From an uncultured virus (IMG/VR IMGVR_UViG_3300042860_003432) (Duplodnaviria > Heunggongvirae > Uroviricota > Caudoviricetes), in the IMG/VR virus record IMGVR_UViG_3300042860_003432: a stretch of 64,000 nucleotides of DNA; one strand, written 5' to 3'. A model generated the notes under the pieces. The model ran no database searches, was not told the DNA's origin, and saw only the letters and a list, made by a program, of their open reading frames with translations. Shown here piece by piece: positions 18,903 to 28,350 of this stretch. The position numbers and the translations under genes were made by a program. Numbering within the stretch: position 1 is the stretch's first letter; each line of letters opens with the position of its first letter.

Positions 18903-19688
18903 TTAAATACTATATGGGGGACTTTCCGTTGGAGTCGTTGTTGGCGTGTTTGTTGGTGTCGCCGTAGATGTTGCCGTGGGCGTTTTTGTTGGAGTTGTTG
19001 TTGCAGTAACAGTAATCGTTGGTGTCGTAGTATTTGTTGGCGTTGTAGTAGGTGTGCCGGTAATTGTCGGAGTGACCGTTAGTGTTGGCGTTAGAGAAGA
19101 TCCTGGTGTGGGTGTGACACTCTTTGTGGGAGTATTTGACGGAGTTCCTGTTGGAAATGGAGTAGGCGTTGGCGTCGGGTTTGACGTTGAAGTTGGAGTT
19201 AACGTTGGAGTTATAGTCGGCGTAGGAGTTCTTGTTGGTGTATGAGTTGGAGTATGTGTCGGACTTGTTGTTACACTAACAGTTACAGTAGCAGTTACGG
19301 TGGGAGTTGGTGTATTTGTTCTGGTCTGAGTAGGCGTTGGTGTCACTGTGCGAGTGACACTTGGTGTGGGAGTAGGTTGCAGAAATAGTATTGATTTTTT
19401 ACTGACCAACTTCCAACCAGTATTTGCGACGTTGGATGTAGTTTTAACATATACATAAGAACCTGTATCTGCCTGTCTCAACAAACCTATATCGGCTAAT
19501 ACTCTAAGATAAAAAGGATATTCCGTTTTTGTAAAAAATACATTTTCCCATGCACCATTGTGATTTGACCCAGAATAATTTATTCTATAAAAAGAACCAG
19601 TTTTAAAAAACAATGCATCTTTAGGGGCATATATAATTCCCTCTGGGTTTCCATCTGATGGTGGATTTCTTTTTATAAAAAGGCTCAT
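18903..19688 (-). CDS. Thr/Pro-rich (mucin-like) protein
   Basis: Globular N-terminus followed by ~155 aa of TPT/TPTPT repeats. Confidence 0.75.
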   Translation of the reverse strand: MSLFIKRNPPSDGNPEGIIYAPKDALFFKTGSFYRINYSGSNHNGAWENVFFTKTEYPFYLRVLADIGLLRQADTGSYVYVKTTSNVANTGWKLVSKKSILFLQPTPTPSVTRTVTPTPTQTRTNTPTPTVTATVTVSVTTSPTHTPTHTPTRTPTPTITPTLTPTSTSNPTPTPTPFPTGTPSNTPTKSVTPTPGSSLTPTLTVTPTITGTPTTTPTNTTTPTITVTATTTPTKTPTATSTATPTNTPTTTPTESPPYSI

Positions 19689-19706
19689 TCTGTATTATTA
19701 TAACTA

Positions 19707-19955
19707 TCAAGAGGTGGTCAAAAAACGCCGTTCTTTTACCCCCATAGTATATAAATTTAGCCTATTCCATTTACCGCAGTGCGGACAATTTGATATATAC
19801 CTGTTTTTATCTGGTATATAGTCGCTTGTAGCAAATGTTAAATTACAGTTTCCACATACCACGTTTATCTTTGTGCGTGGATATAATGATACTATTGGCT
19901 TGTCTATATGCTTTGCCAAACAGGTATCGTTGGAATTAATAATGATTTTAATCAT
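19707..19955 (-). CDS. Zinc-ribbon protein
   Basis: CGNC...CPHC. Confidence 0.6.
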   Translation of the reverse strand: MIKIIINSNDTCLAKHIDKPIVSLYPRTKINVVCGNCNLTFATSDYIPDKNRYISNCPHCGKWNRLNLYTMGVKERRFLTTS

Positions 19956-20160
19956 CGTCTTTCTCTGATTCTTTTTCTTCAGATAAATGTGCCGGTGGAT
20001 ATCCTCTTAATAATATTGGCAGCGTATTGTTGAAAAAAGAAGATACGAGATCTATCAGTGATACATTCACTACCATAAACAAGAACGCTGTTCCAAATAA
20101 AAACACAAACTGCCAAGCACCATGCCAAGATTTAATTATTTCTGTTATTGCGTCGATCAT
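19948..20160 (-). CDS. Small membrane protein
   Basis: Hydrophobic segment, LRGYPP, acidic tail. Confidence 0.55.
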   Translation of the reverse strand: MIDAITEIIKSWHGAWQFVFLFGTAFLFMVVNVSLIDLVSSFFNNTLPILLRGYPPAHLSEEKESEKDDD

Positions 20161-20273
20161 ATATAACCTATATTAGAGATCAAAATTACTTTTGACCAGT
20201 CTTTTATGCATATAAATAGAAAGCCGCTATGGTTTTTCACCATAGCGGCTTCGCGCATAACCTTTGTTATTTA

Positions 20274-20636
20274 TTAACTAGCGGCAACATTGACCGCAGG
20301 AACAGAGGCTGGTGTAGCCTTGGTCTTCTTTTCAGACTTGACCTCGGCAACAGTAATAGCAGCCTTGGGCTCGTCGTTGAAGATAACACCAGCAGCCTTG
20401 GCAGCATCGAGGACTTCCTTAGAAGGATTTGCCGAAGCAAACACCATCTTGGGACGACCAATAGCAGGCTTGATTTTGCCGATAGCAACGATCTGCTTGC
20501 TTTCAACTGCCTTGTTCACTCTGAAACGAAGAGTGATGTTCACGGCATCCGGATACAAGTTCTGGATGTCGTCGATAGTAAAGTGGCGGTTTGTGGGCCA
20601 CTCGATGTTTATTGTATTCTTCTTTTTATTAGACAT
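20274..20636 (-). CDS. Putative winged-helix DNA-binding protein
   Basis: FTIDDI...ITLRFRVNKAVE...IGRPKMVF; Ala/Lys-rich tail. Confidence 0.55.
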   Translation of the reverse strand: MSNKKKNTINIEWPTNRHFTIDDIQNLYPDAVNITLRFRVNKAVESKQIVAIGKIKPAIGRPKMVFASANPSKEVLDAAKAAGVIFNDEPKAAITVAEVKSEKKTKATPASVPAVNVAAS

Positions 20637-20698
20637 AAGTTTAATATGTTAATTGTTAATTATGTTATTTGTTTTTAGTTAGTTTACCTTACCAAATT

Positions 20699-21745
20699 TT
20701 AGCTCATATAATAGCCATCAAAATATCCGTTGTGATAATCCATACTGGATTCAGAACGCATATTTGTGCCATAGTCAAGACCAGAAGAACGATCATTCTT
20801 TCCGTCCTTTGTTCCAGCAATATACTCTTGCTCAACAACGTCGCAATCATTCTGCTCAGAAGAGCAACTGCACGCACTATTGTCGCACAAATCGTCGTTG
20901 GAATCGCTGTAATCTTCCTCCGAGTCATAATCATCATTGTCGGGCTGGATTTCTTCTGCCTTGCTGGTATAAACAACCTTATCCAGTTCCTTGATTACGT
21001 CGTTGATTTCGGACGCGACGGTGTATTCACACACACGCATCTTGGTATGACCCTCGTACTTGGGCACGCTGACCACATCCTTGGGGTTGACCTTGACGAT
21101 GAGCAGGCGATTTCCGCCAGCAGCAGGAGCCTCGCCCTTCTTGAAATGACCATACTGAACAACATAGTCAAGAGCACCAACGTGCAGACCATTGCTACAA
21201 TCAATACCATAGTTGTCGTCCACCATATTACGAGGCATCGAAACTACACCACCAATGCCATTGAAAAACTTGCCACTATAAATATCGGTATAGTTGCTAC
21301 GAACCGCCTTATAGGCAAGGAAGCAACCATCATCGGTGATAGGCAGACCATAGTTCTCAAGGAACCAGTATGTTTCATCCACCGCACGCTTACTGGGATT
21401 CTGCATCAGGTTGTCAAGGAACTTGACCATATGGTCAAACTTGAAACCATCTGTCATCATCTTGAGAATGCGAGTGGTAAGTGTATTATGAATAGCAAAG
21501 CCATTATAGAAAATCTCGCCATTCACCACCGAGACGGATTGGCCATAAGTAAAAGAAACTATAGCCTTGGCAATATTGACAAGATTATCAATATTAGAGA
21601 AATCACCAGCCTTGATACTCTCAATGATCTTATTATAGTTGGGATGGTCAGTAGCCACAGTCAAACACTCGCCATTGAGATAGAGTGTGACGGAGCCATT
21701 TGTCTTGATGACATATGGAATAGTAGTATTGGTAGTAGTACTCAT
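20699..21745 (-). CDS. rIIB: rIIB-like protein
   Basis: ITDDGCFLAYK, CSNGLHVG, VKVNPKDVVSVP, MRVCEY. Confidence 0.92.
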   Translation of the reverse strand: MSTTTNTTIPYVIKTNGSVTLYLNGECLTVATDHPNYNKIIESIKAGDFSNIDNLVNIAKAIVSFTYGQSVSVVNGEIFYNGFAIHNTLTTRILKMMTDGFKFDHMVKFLDNLMQNPSKRAVDETYWFLENYGLPITDDGCFLAYKAVRSNYTDIYSGKFFNGIGGVVSMPRNMVDDNYGIDCSNGLHVGALDYVVQYGHFKKGEAPAAGGNRLLIVKVNPKDVVSVPKYEGHTKMRVCEYTVASEINDVIKELDKVVYTSKAEEIQPDNDDYDSEEDYSDSNDDLCDNSACSCSSEQNDCDVVEQEYIAGTKDGKNDRSSGLDYGTNMRSESSMDYHNGYFDGYYMS

Positions 21746-21804
21746 GATAGTTTTTATTTAACGGATATTATATTATGTGGATTTTATTATTTTGTCAATA
21801 GATA

Positions 21805-24009
21805 TTATGACTTCTCATCAATAAAGTTGATGATGTTATATAAAGTCGCGATTTGATTAGAATAAGCAGGAATAGCATCAAGGATATTGAAGTACTTGTC
21901 ATTGATGACAGTCTTGAACTCTTCAAGATTCATTGGCATAGCAGCGTGCTGCTTTTTCTTGACGCCAAGGAAATGAAGAAATGATGCAGTCGGAGATGTA
22001 TTATACACCTTATGAAGATTGGTGTATGTACGAACAAACGTCATAAGCATATCACGAGTATTTTCATTCTTAATATTCTGAATGATTGATGGATGTGAAG
22101 ACAACTTTGCGTGTAGATTCTGAAGCACTTGATAGTTTTCCATCTCTCCATTCAAGTAAAGTTTATGCTCGTATGTAGCAATATCATTGGCCACAACACT
22201 CTTGGCGGCATCAACGATATTGATCCACTTACCAACAGAAAGCATATGCTTATTCTTTACATTGATGCCATAGATATGCGTTCCCAGATTCACATTGTTA
22301 TGGATTAGAATATCTACAAGTTCATCAACGTGTATAGAAATGTCCTGCGGCTCACCACCATTATTTACAATGCTGGGAGTATTGTAATGAAAATTGAAAT
22401 AATAGTAAGTATTGTTGAGATCAAAATCATGTGCGGTGCGGCTCCAAGAAACATTCACTCTGTTTGTCTTAGAGGCGCGAGAAATGTTGGCAATATGAAC
22501 TTCATCGGTGCGGGCAGTTGTAATGGCCTTGCGAGCAGCAACAACACGCGGCATAGCATCAATATCGATCAACGTTGCATATGGCGTCTTGTCCCAGCCA
22601 AAATAATTGACCAAAGTAGAATATACCTTCTTGCCAGCAGTGTTATCAATAATAGCAAGCACCGTGCAGTTCTTCTTGATAGCATCATCAAGCTTGTTGA
22701 GATAATCCAAGACCTTTAACTTGTTGAATACATTCTTTGCGGTATGAAACACATACAGCTTCCTATCAGACAATGCGATTGTATTCGCATCGCTAACAAC
22801 CTTCCAAATAGCCGACTTTGTATAATTTACACTATACGTCTTAAAATTTTTGGATGCATCGTCGTTCTTGAAAGTATTGTTGATAATTCTGCGAGCATTA
22901 TCGTTGCTAGAATTTACAGAACTTCCGTTATAAGAAACTTGAATGTCGCCAAGAATATTGGTCAAAACTTTGTGCTCGCTGGTGTGCGAATTGTACTTGT
23001 TATAAACACACATAGCATCCCACAAAGAAACGGGGACTTCCATGTTCTTTTTTACATACTCAGACATTTCGACAAACATACGACGAAGTGCGTGCAGAAT
23101 AGCATTAGCGGTCTTGCTATTAGTGTCATCATACTGAAGTTGTTCCTTGTTAGGAGCAACTTCCAGTTCGCCAATATCAAAATACAAATCAATAGCACCA
23201 GTGTCGAGCATACGCCTTGCAACAGCAGACGAAATCAAATTACTATTAGAAGCGGCTCGGGTGATGACATCTGCACTGATGGGGTAAGAATAGTTACCCA
23301 TATAAGCATTACACGGATTTCCGTAACTATAACCGCGATCAACCTTTCTAAGTGCCCAATGGTTATTACGGATAATATACTGGTGCTCAGTATACTGGAT
23401 ATTAGCACCAACAATAACAGGGCGATAGCGAAAGACGCTATATGCACGCTGAATATTGGTGTGCCACATATTGATGTCGGCAATCTTTACAGAGAACTTG
23501 ACTTCAAGACCGCTATGCTCATTGCTGTCTTGAGTAGAAATGTGCATGATGTTGGGCGAGCCAGTTTCATCAATAAAGCAGTTATATACATGCTTCTTGC
23601 CCTTATGCCAAGAAACAACATTGAAGTTGTCGGTATAGTTGAAGGGAGTCTTGCTGCCCAGTCCCATGCAACCATCGCTGTCATTATCACCAGTCTTGGT
23701 GGACTCAAAGTAGGTAGTATAGATAGAGTCAATATCATCCGCACTAAGCCCCGTGCCATAATCACGAATAGCAAACCAAGGCTCCAGCGTGTTAGGAGCA
23801 TGAACCTCAAACATCTTGTTTGTATTACTAGCCTTTACGTGGCTATCCCAAGCATTAGCACCAAGTTCACGCGGAATAGCAAGAATAGGCTCGCTATAGA
23901 ATCCAGAGAGGATCTTGAACGCCTTGGCACTAGCCTTGATCTTGAAGCGGCTGGGCGCAGCAAGAACATTGCTAAGAACAGGAGAAGATACGGCTTCGTT
24001 GATAATCAT
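21805..24009 (-). CDS. rIIA: rIIA-like protein (GHKL ATPase N-terminus)
   Basis: RELGANAWDSH, IRDYGTGL, ESTK, GLGSKTPF; upstream of rIIB. Confidence 0.92.
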   Translation of the reverse strand: MIINEAVSSPVLSNVLAAPSRFKIKASAKAFKILSGFYSEPILAIPRELGANAWDSHVKASNTNKMFEVHAPNTLEPWFAIRDYGTGLSADDIDSIYTTYFESTKTGDNDSDGCMGLGSKTPFNYTDNFNVVSWHKGKKHVYNCFIDETGSPNIMHISTQDSNEHSGLEVKFSVKIADINMWHTNIQRAYSVFRYRPVIVGANIQYTEHQYIIRNNHWALRKVDRGYSYGNPCNAYMGNYSYPISADVITRAASNSNLISSAVARRMLDTGAIDLYFDIGELEVAPNKEQLQYDDTNSKTANAILHALRRMFVEMSEYVKKNMEVPVSLWDAMCVYNKYNSHTSEHKVLTNILGDIQVSYNGSSVNSSNDNARRIINNTFKNDDASKNFKTYSVNYTKSAIWKVVSDANTIALSDRKLYVFHTAKNVFNKLKVLDYLNKLDDAIKKNCTVLAIIDNTAGKKVYSTLVNYFGWDKTPYATLIDIDAMPRVVAARKAITTARTDEVHIANISRASKTNRVNVSWSRTAHDFDLNNTYYYFNFHYNTPSIVNNGGEPQDISIHVDELVDILIHNNVNLGTHIYGINVKNKHMLSVGKWINIVDAAKSVVANDIATYEHKLYLNGEMENYQVLQNLHAKLSSHPSIIQNIKNENTRDMLMTFVRTYTNLHKVYNTSPTASFLHFLGVKKKQHAAMPMNLEEFKTVINDKYFNILDAIPAYSNQIATLYNIINFIDEKS

Positions 24010-24078
24010 AGGTATTGCTTAATTATGTACCTATTATGGAGACATAATATATAAAGTCAAATACTTTTTATTATAACA

Positions 24079-26142
24079 TTAGGCAGTTGCTTTAGACAAA
24101 AACTTCTTGTTGAGCGTATGAGCAATCTGCACAACATTCTTTACATCAATGAAATGCGAATCTTTGCCGTACATGCTCTTGAAATTCTTTACATTATTAT
24201 CCGTATTATATTTATCCGCTTCAACATAATAACTGATTACTTCTGTGCCCTTCTCCATCATCTTGCGAACTTGCTTGCGTGTATGGTTGGATGCAATTGT
24301 ATCAACATAAACAATATTGCCAATATTGAACGCAGGCTCACCGTCGGAAATATTCACAAAGTACGAGTCAGATTCATATGTAGATTGCGGAATATGCTCC
24401 AGAATAGCCTGAAACGCCAGACCTTCTGGAGTAGAACCCGAAGGAAAAAGAAGCGGGAATAGGCTGGTGATCTTGGTAAAATTGTCTTTTCTGGAATCAT
24501 ATGCGATTACCACATAAGGAAGTTCACTTTGTCTGGTGCTTAGTCTGACTCCACTTCTAAAAGAAATAGATACAGAGACGTTGTTGATCATACTAGCAGC
24601 CTTGGCAATAGCGACGAGGGTAGAGATTGTGTTTTCCCACTTGCTGCTCATTGAACTAGAGGCATCAACAGAAATATGTAGATGAACATTCTTGTACTTA
24701 TCTACGCTGGTCTGATAGAACAGGTTTTCGTTCTGATAGCCAATAGAAGCAATCAGTCGCTTGTCAATTCTACCACTATCCTGTCGGGTAAACTTTGTAG
24801 TCTTGACTTCGTTTCGGATTTGTAGGCGGCGACCAAGCATTGTACCAATAGCAATTCCACTACGCACTCCGCGAGTCCCCATCATATTTTCTTGTAAGGA
24901 CGTATAGCCGTTGGTATACGGAAACTCGTTGGAGTTCATAAGTTCCTTTGTAAGATTAGTAACAACGATACACTCAACGGGAGGAATACCATCTTCTCCG
25001 CCAACGACTTCGATATTGACGCCACTCTTTTCAAGTGTATTCAACTTACTGATAACCTTGCTCTTGAAAGGAGACACAGCAGCGGTTCTGTTGATAAAAG
25101 ACTCTTGCTTCTTGATAATTTTTTCAATAGCAGCCATCTTCTTATCGGTCAAAACTTTTTTCTCTGCCTTGGCAGGCTTATCGGACTTTTCATTATCCGT
25201 ATCCTCTTTGTCTCCATCGCCAGTATTGTCGGCATCATCCGAGTCGTCTTCGCCATTAGCGTCATCGCCGTCCCCCGAATCATCGGAATCTGGAATACTA
25301 TCCACCGAATCCTCGGTTCCGCCAAGGAAATCAGAAGAAGAATCATCACCGTCTTCTGACTTGGTGCTATTCTTTTGAGAAGAATTGGAGTTATTGTGAC
25401 CATCAATCACATTCTTGATAATCTCTTCGACGATCTCCATAGAAAGATCTCGCCTGCTCACAGCAGTAGAAAGTTCATTTCTAAGAATGTTCTTAACATC
25501 CAGCATCTCCGTAATCTTGCGAAGACCAGGCAAAGCATCTGGATCGTAGTTCTTATTTACAAGGTTTGTAAAATGAAACTTATAATTGCTAAGAGTAGGA
25601 GTACGATAGTTGTCAGACTGAATAGCCTGACCAATCTCAGGAAGATTGAAATATCTATCATACAAGGCGTGATAATAACCACGATAGCCAGGAGCAATCT
25701 GATATGCCCAAGCATCAATGTATCTATCTTCAACGACGTTGAGAATATACTTACAAAGTTCGCCAATATCGTTGTGGTTCATCAAACCGTTGGCGGATTT
25801 GACAAGATTATTGGGAACCTTGCCCCACAGCGTCTTGATAAGAGAAAAGTCAGACTTTACGATGTGAGCGGCTTCGTGTAGAGCAATACCAACGGTAGGA
25901 TCAAACTCACCCTTGGAGATTTCGCCTCCAATATACACAACCTTGCCATCAGTCATTGACGTACTCTTTTCTGCAAAACGAACAGGAATGTTCTTGCCGG
26001 TAAGAATATACACAAAATTACTGACCGCACGGCGGTACTCAGACAACTTGATAAGTCCGTATGTAGTATCTACATCCAACTTTTCTTTAGAAAAGTCCTC
26101 ACCAAGCCAGAACTTGGAATACTCTGCGTATTTCTTTTTCAT
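24079..26142 (-). CDS. vWA-domain protein with N-terminal HExxH domain (CobT-like MoxR partner)
   Basis: LHEAAH, NVVEDRYID, acidic linker, MIDAS DASSSM, TPEG, ISDGEP. Confidence 0.85.
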   Translation of the reverse strand: MKKKYAEYSKFWLGEDFSKEKLDVDTTYGLIKLSEYRRAVSNFVYILTGKNIPVRFAEKSTSMTDGKVVYIGGEISKGEFDPTVGIALHEAAHIVKSDFSLIKTLWGKVPNNLVKSANGLMNHNDIGELCKYILNVVEDRYIDAWAYQIAPGYRGYYHALYDRYFNLPEIGQAIQSDNYRTPTLSNYKFHFTNLVNKNYDPDALPGLRKITEMLDVKNILRNELSTAVSRRDLSMEIVEEIIKNVIDGHNNSNSSQKNSTKSEDGDDSSSDFLGGTEDSVDSIPDSDDSGDGDDANGEDDSDDADNTGDGDKEDTDNEKSDKPAKAEKKVLTDKKMAAIEKIIKKQESFINRTAAVSPFKSKVISKLNTLEKSGVNIEVVGGEDGIPPVECIVVTNLTKELMNSNEFPYTNGYTSLQENMMGTRGVRSGIAIGTMLGRRLQIRNEVKTTKFTRQDSGRIDKRLIASIGYQNENLFYQTSVDKYKNVHLHISVDASSSMSSKWENTISTLVAIAKAASMINNVSVSISFRSGVRLSTRQSELPYVVIAYDSRKDNFTKITSLFPLLFPSGSTPEGLAFQAILEHIPQSTYESDSYFVNISDGEPAFNIGNIVYVDTIASNHTRKQVRKMMEKGTEVISYYVEADKYNTDNNVKNFKSMYGKDSHFIDVKNVVQIAHTLNKKFLSKATA

Positions 26143-26144
26143 TA

Positions 26145-26912
26145 TTAGAAGGGGGTGCTGCCGTCAGGAGTATTGGCGGTAGCGGTATAAAGATTGTTGT
26201 TGGTCTCGGTGCTGATATACTTTTGCACAACCTGCTTTACCAGAGTACGTTCGGAATCAAGTCCACCATCATCCGGATAATCGGGATAAATAACCATATC
26301 AGCAAGTTCTGTGAGGTTGAATCCATCGACGGTAAGTTCGGCCATTTCCTTGACGCTACGAGTAGAAATGAACTTACTCAACTTGCCCTGAGAAGCAAAC
26401 TCGCGGGTAGCAGCAGCAATTTCCGTAACCGCCAGCATGGTGTTCATATTGGCATCGGGGCAGTGGGTCTTGATGAGTTCCATCTCTGTATTCTGCGAAA
26501 GAATATCAACCTCAATCTTGACGGTGAAACGATCAAGTAAAGCCTTGTCCATCACGCGGGTAGCGGTATATTCGTTGCCAATGTTGGTGGTTGCGATAAA
26601 ACATACCCCATCAGCAACTCTCACAACTTTTCCACCCGATTCGTCCAGTCGCAAATACTTTTGATTGTCGAGCACTGGCATTAAAATATTCATAGCGTCG
26701 GGATGGGCTCTGCTCAACTCGTCGAGTAGAATAATTGAATTCGGTGTAGAGATGGCCTTCACAAATGGAGATTCTTGGAAGAATGTCCCAGTTTCTTTGG
26801 AGAATTGAGTATTTCCAATTAGCGTAGCTCGGGCATCTTGCGTACTCCCAAGGTTAATGGCCATAAATGGCCGATGTTTCTTATAAGTTACTTTGTATGT
26901 TTTGTTTTTCAC
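26145..26912 (-). CDS. MoxR/CobS-like AAA+ ATPase, C-terminal part
   Basis: RPFMAINLG, Walker B ILLDELSRA, ATTNIG, ALLDRF; likely GTG start MKNKTYKVTYKKH overlapping the endonuclease 3' end. Confidence 0.85.
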   Translation of the reverse strand: MKNKTYKVTYKKHRPFMAINLGSTQDARATLIGNTQFSKETGTFFQESPFVKAISTPNSIILLDELSRAHPDAMNILMPVLDNQKYLRLDESGGKVVRVADGVCFIATTNIGNEYTATRVMDKALLDRFTVKIEVDILSQNTEMELIKTHCPDANMNTMLAVTEIAAATREFASQGKLSKFISTRSVKEMAELTVDGFNLTELADMVIYPDYPDDGGLDSERTLVKQVVQKYISTETNNNLYTATANTPDGSTPF

Positions 26913-27486
26913 GACGATATATTTCCCATCTTTTTTTTGTTGCTTCTGCAATATTTTTTTTACCTTCTTTTGTCAAGAATGATTTTCCTTTTCTTGCATC
27001 ACTAATTTTTTGTCTTGTCTTTTTTGAATAAACTTTTCCTTTATTTGCTTCACTTGCTCGTTTTTTTTGATATTCGGATTGAGATTTTCCGAACATTGGA
27101 TTTGACTCTCCTTGATTGTGTTCTGTTATTTTTTTTCTATATTCTTCGTTTTTAAATGCTCGCTTAACTGCTCGGCTTATTTTTTTTCGTGTTTCTTCTT
27201 TGGTGACTATCTTTGGTCGTAAACCACTGTTTCTTTGTAAATTGTATGAGTTTTGGTCATTTATCGCATTGTATTTATCAATCCAGTATATCTCTCGTTC
27301 CAATAGGTTTGATAAATCTTTACCCACCACAACTTCCAGAGTTTCTTTTACGAAGTTATTTTTGCCGTATTTTTTTATCGCGGATTTAAGAGCAAGTCCA
27401 GACCCGTAATAATGTGGGTTGTTTCTGCTGTCTTTTCCGATGTAATAGTTTCCATTAAGAATATTAGTAGTTTTGTATATTATCAT
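26881..27486 (-). CDS. GIY-YIG homing endonuclease with NUMOD3-like repeats
   Basis: MIIYKTTN..NGNYYIGK, YYGSG, E.YWI, SYN; ETRKKIS/NPMFGK repeats. Confidence 0.92.
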   Translation of the reverse strand: MIIYKTTNILNGNYYIGKDSRNNPHYYGSGLALKSAIKKYGKNNFVKETLEVVVGKDLSNLLEREIYWIDKYNAINDQNSYNLQRNSGLRPKIVTKEETRKKISRAVKRAFKNEEYRKKITEHNQGESNPMFGKSQSEYQKKRASEANKGKVYSKKTRQKISDARKGKSFLTKEGKKNIAEATKKRWEIYRREKQNIQSNL

Positions 27487-27525
27487 GACATATATAAATA
27501 TAAGTCAGTAGAATATTCCACGCCA

Positions 27526-27825
27526 TTATTTTAGTTCTTCTGTTTTTATAATAGTGATATTTTCTGTAGCCTTGAGTTCGTTAAGGCGTTCTTCCGTAAC
27601 CTCTTCTTCAATAGTTTCAGAAAGGGCTTCAACCAAGCATTGGACCGCGAAGGTTTTCCCATGTCCTGTTGGACCAACAATAAGAATATTCTTGCCACGC
27701 AGAGCACTGCGAACAAGATACTTCCACTTGATATCCTTCATATATAGCTTGCTGGGCTTGATGTCAGCAGACTGGTCGATAAACGTCTTGGTGTCGGTGG
27801 GCATATTCTTTTTGGTCTTATTCAT
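27526..27825 (-). CDS. MoxR/CobS-like AAA+ ATPase, N-terminal part
   Basis: RGKNILIVGPTGHGKT Walker A, then an acidic tail and stop. Confidence 0.85.
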   Translation of the reverse strand: MNKTKKNMPTDTKTFIDQSADIKPSKLYMKDIKWKYLVRSALRGKNILIVGPTGHGKTFAVQCLVEALSETIEEEVTEERLNELKATENITIIKTEELK

Positions 27826-27833
27826 ATGTATGT

Positions 27834-27862
27834 ACTATGGTACACTTTTTATATGAAGTCAA
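27834..27862 (-). promoter_or_regulatory. Sigma70-type promoter
   Basis: TTGACT-N17-CATAGT just upstream of the AAA N-part ATG. Confidence 0.55.
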
Positions 27863-27863
27863 T

Positions 27864-27894
27864 AAAAAACCCCACATTTTTGTGTGGGGTCTTT
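27864..27894 (-). terminator. Intrinsic terminator
   Basis: ACCCCACA/TGTGGGGT hairpin with T-tract on the minus strand. Confidence 0.75.
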
Positions 27895-27917
27895 AAGTTG
27901 TTGATTATTAAGACTTA

Positions 27918-28349
27918 TCAATAATCGCTTCCAGCGCCAGCGAGCTTTTCATAAATCTCGTCGTCTATGTTAGATACTATGGATTTTTGATCTATAGTGT
28001 CTCCAGCATTAAATAATATCTCGCTTGTTTGATTTCCTTCTGCATCAAACACATATGTATCTTCTTTTGCAGTTACTATAACCTTAGTTATTTCGTATCC
28101 ACTTCCCGGATCATGTGTTCCAAATTCATGGTCAAAGCTCGCATCGGCATATTCTCCTTCGGCGTATACTTCAACATTGACTTCTATTTGTTCAGGTAAA
28201 TTTTTTCCTAGTTTCTTTGGATCTATGTCTACCATCGTATCAAATGTTGTATCTACGCTTGCAGGAACTCTGCGTTTTTCGTTCAAATGCTCAAGCACCA
28301 ATTTTTTGTGCTTTTCAAATGTGTCGTTGATTATGCTTTTTTGTTTCAT
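27918..28349 (-). CDS. Hypothetical protein
   Basis: N-terminus TFEKHKKLVLE shared with 8419-9411. Confidence 0.7.
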   Translation of the reverse strand: MKQKSIINDTFEKHKKLVLEHLNEKRRVPASVDTTFDTMVDIDPKKLGKNLPEQIEVNVEVYAEGEYADASFDHEFGTHDPGSGYEITKVIVTAKEDTYVFDAEGNQTSEILFNAGDTIDQKSIVSNIDDEIYEKLAGAGSDY

Positions 28350-28350
28350 A

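Noticed and set aside
18930..19380. Nucleotide repeat array
   Set aside because: Explained by Thr/Pro codon repeats within a CDS
20669..24054. Long plus-strand ORFs 20669-21856 and 22744-24054 (also 13246-14274)
   Set aside because: Antisense shadows of rIIB, rIIA and the polymerase; no recognisable motifs
26881..27530. Group I intron, intein or ribosomal bypass explaining the split AAA gene
   Set aside because: No space for an intron core, no intein termini, and a gap of over 600 nt is far longer than known bypasses
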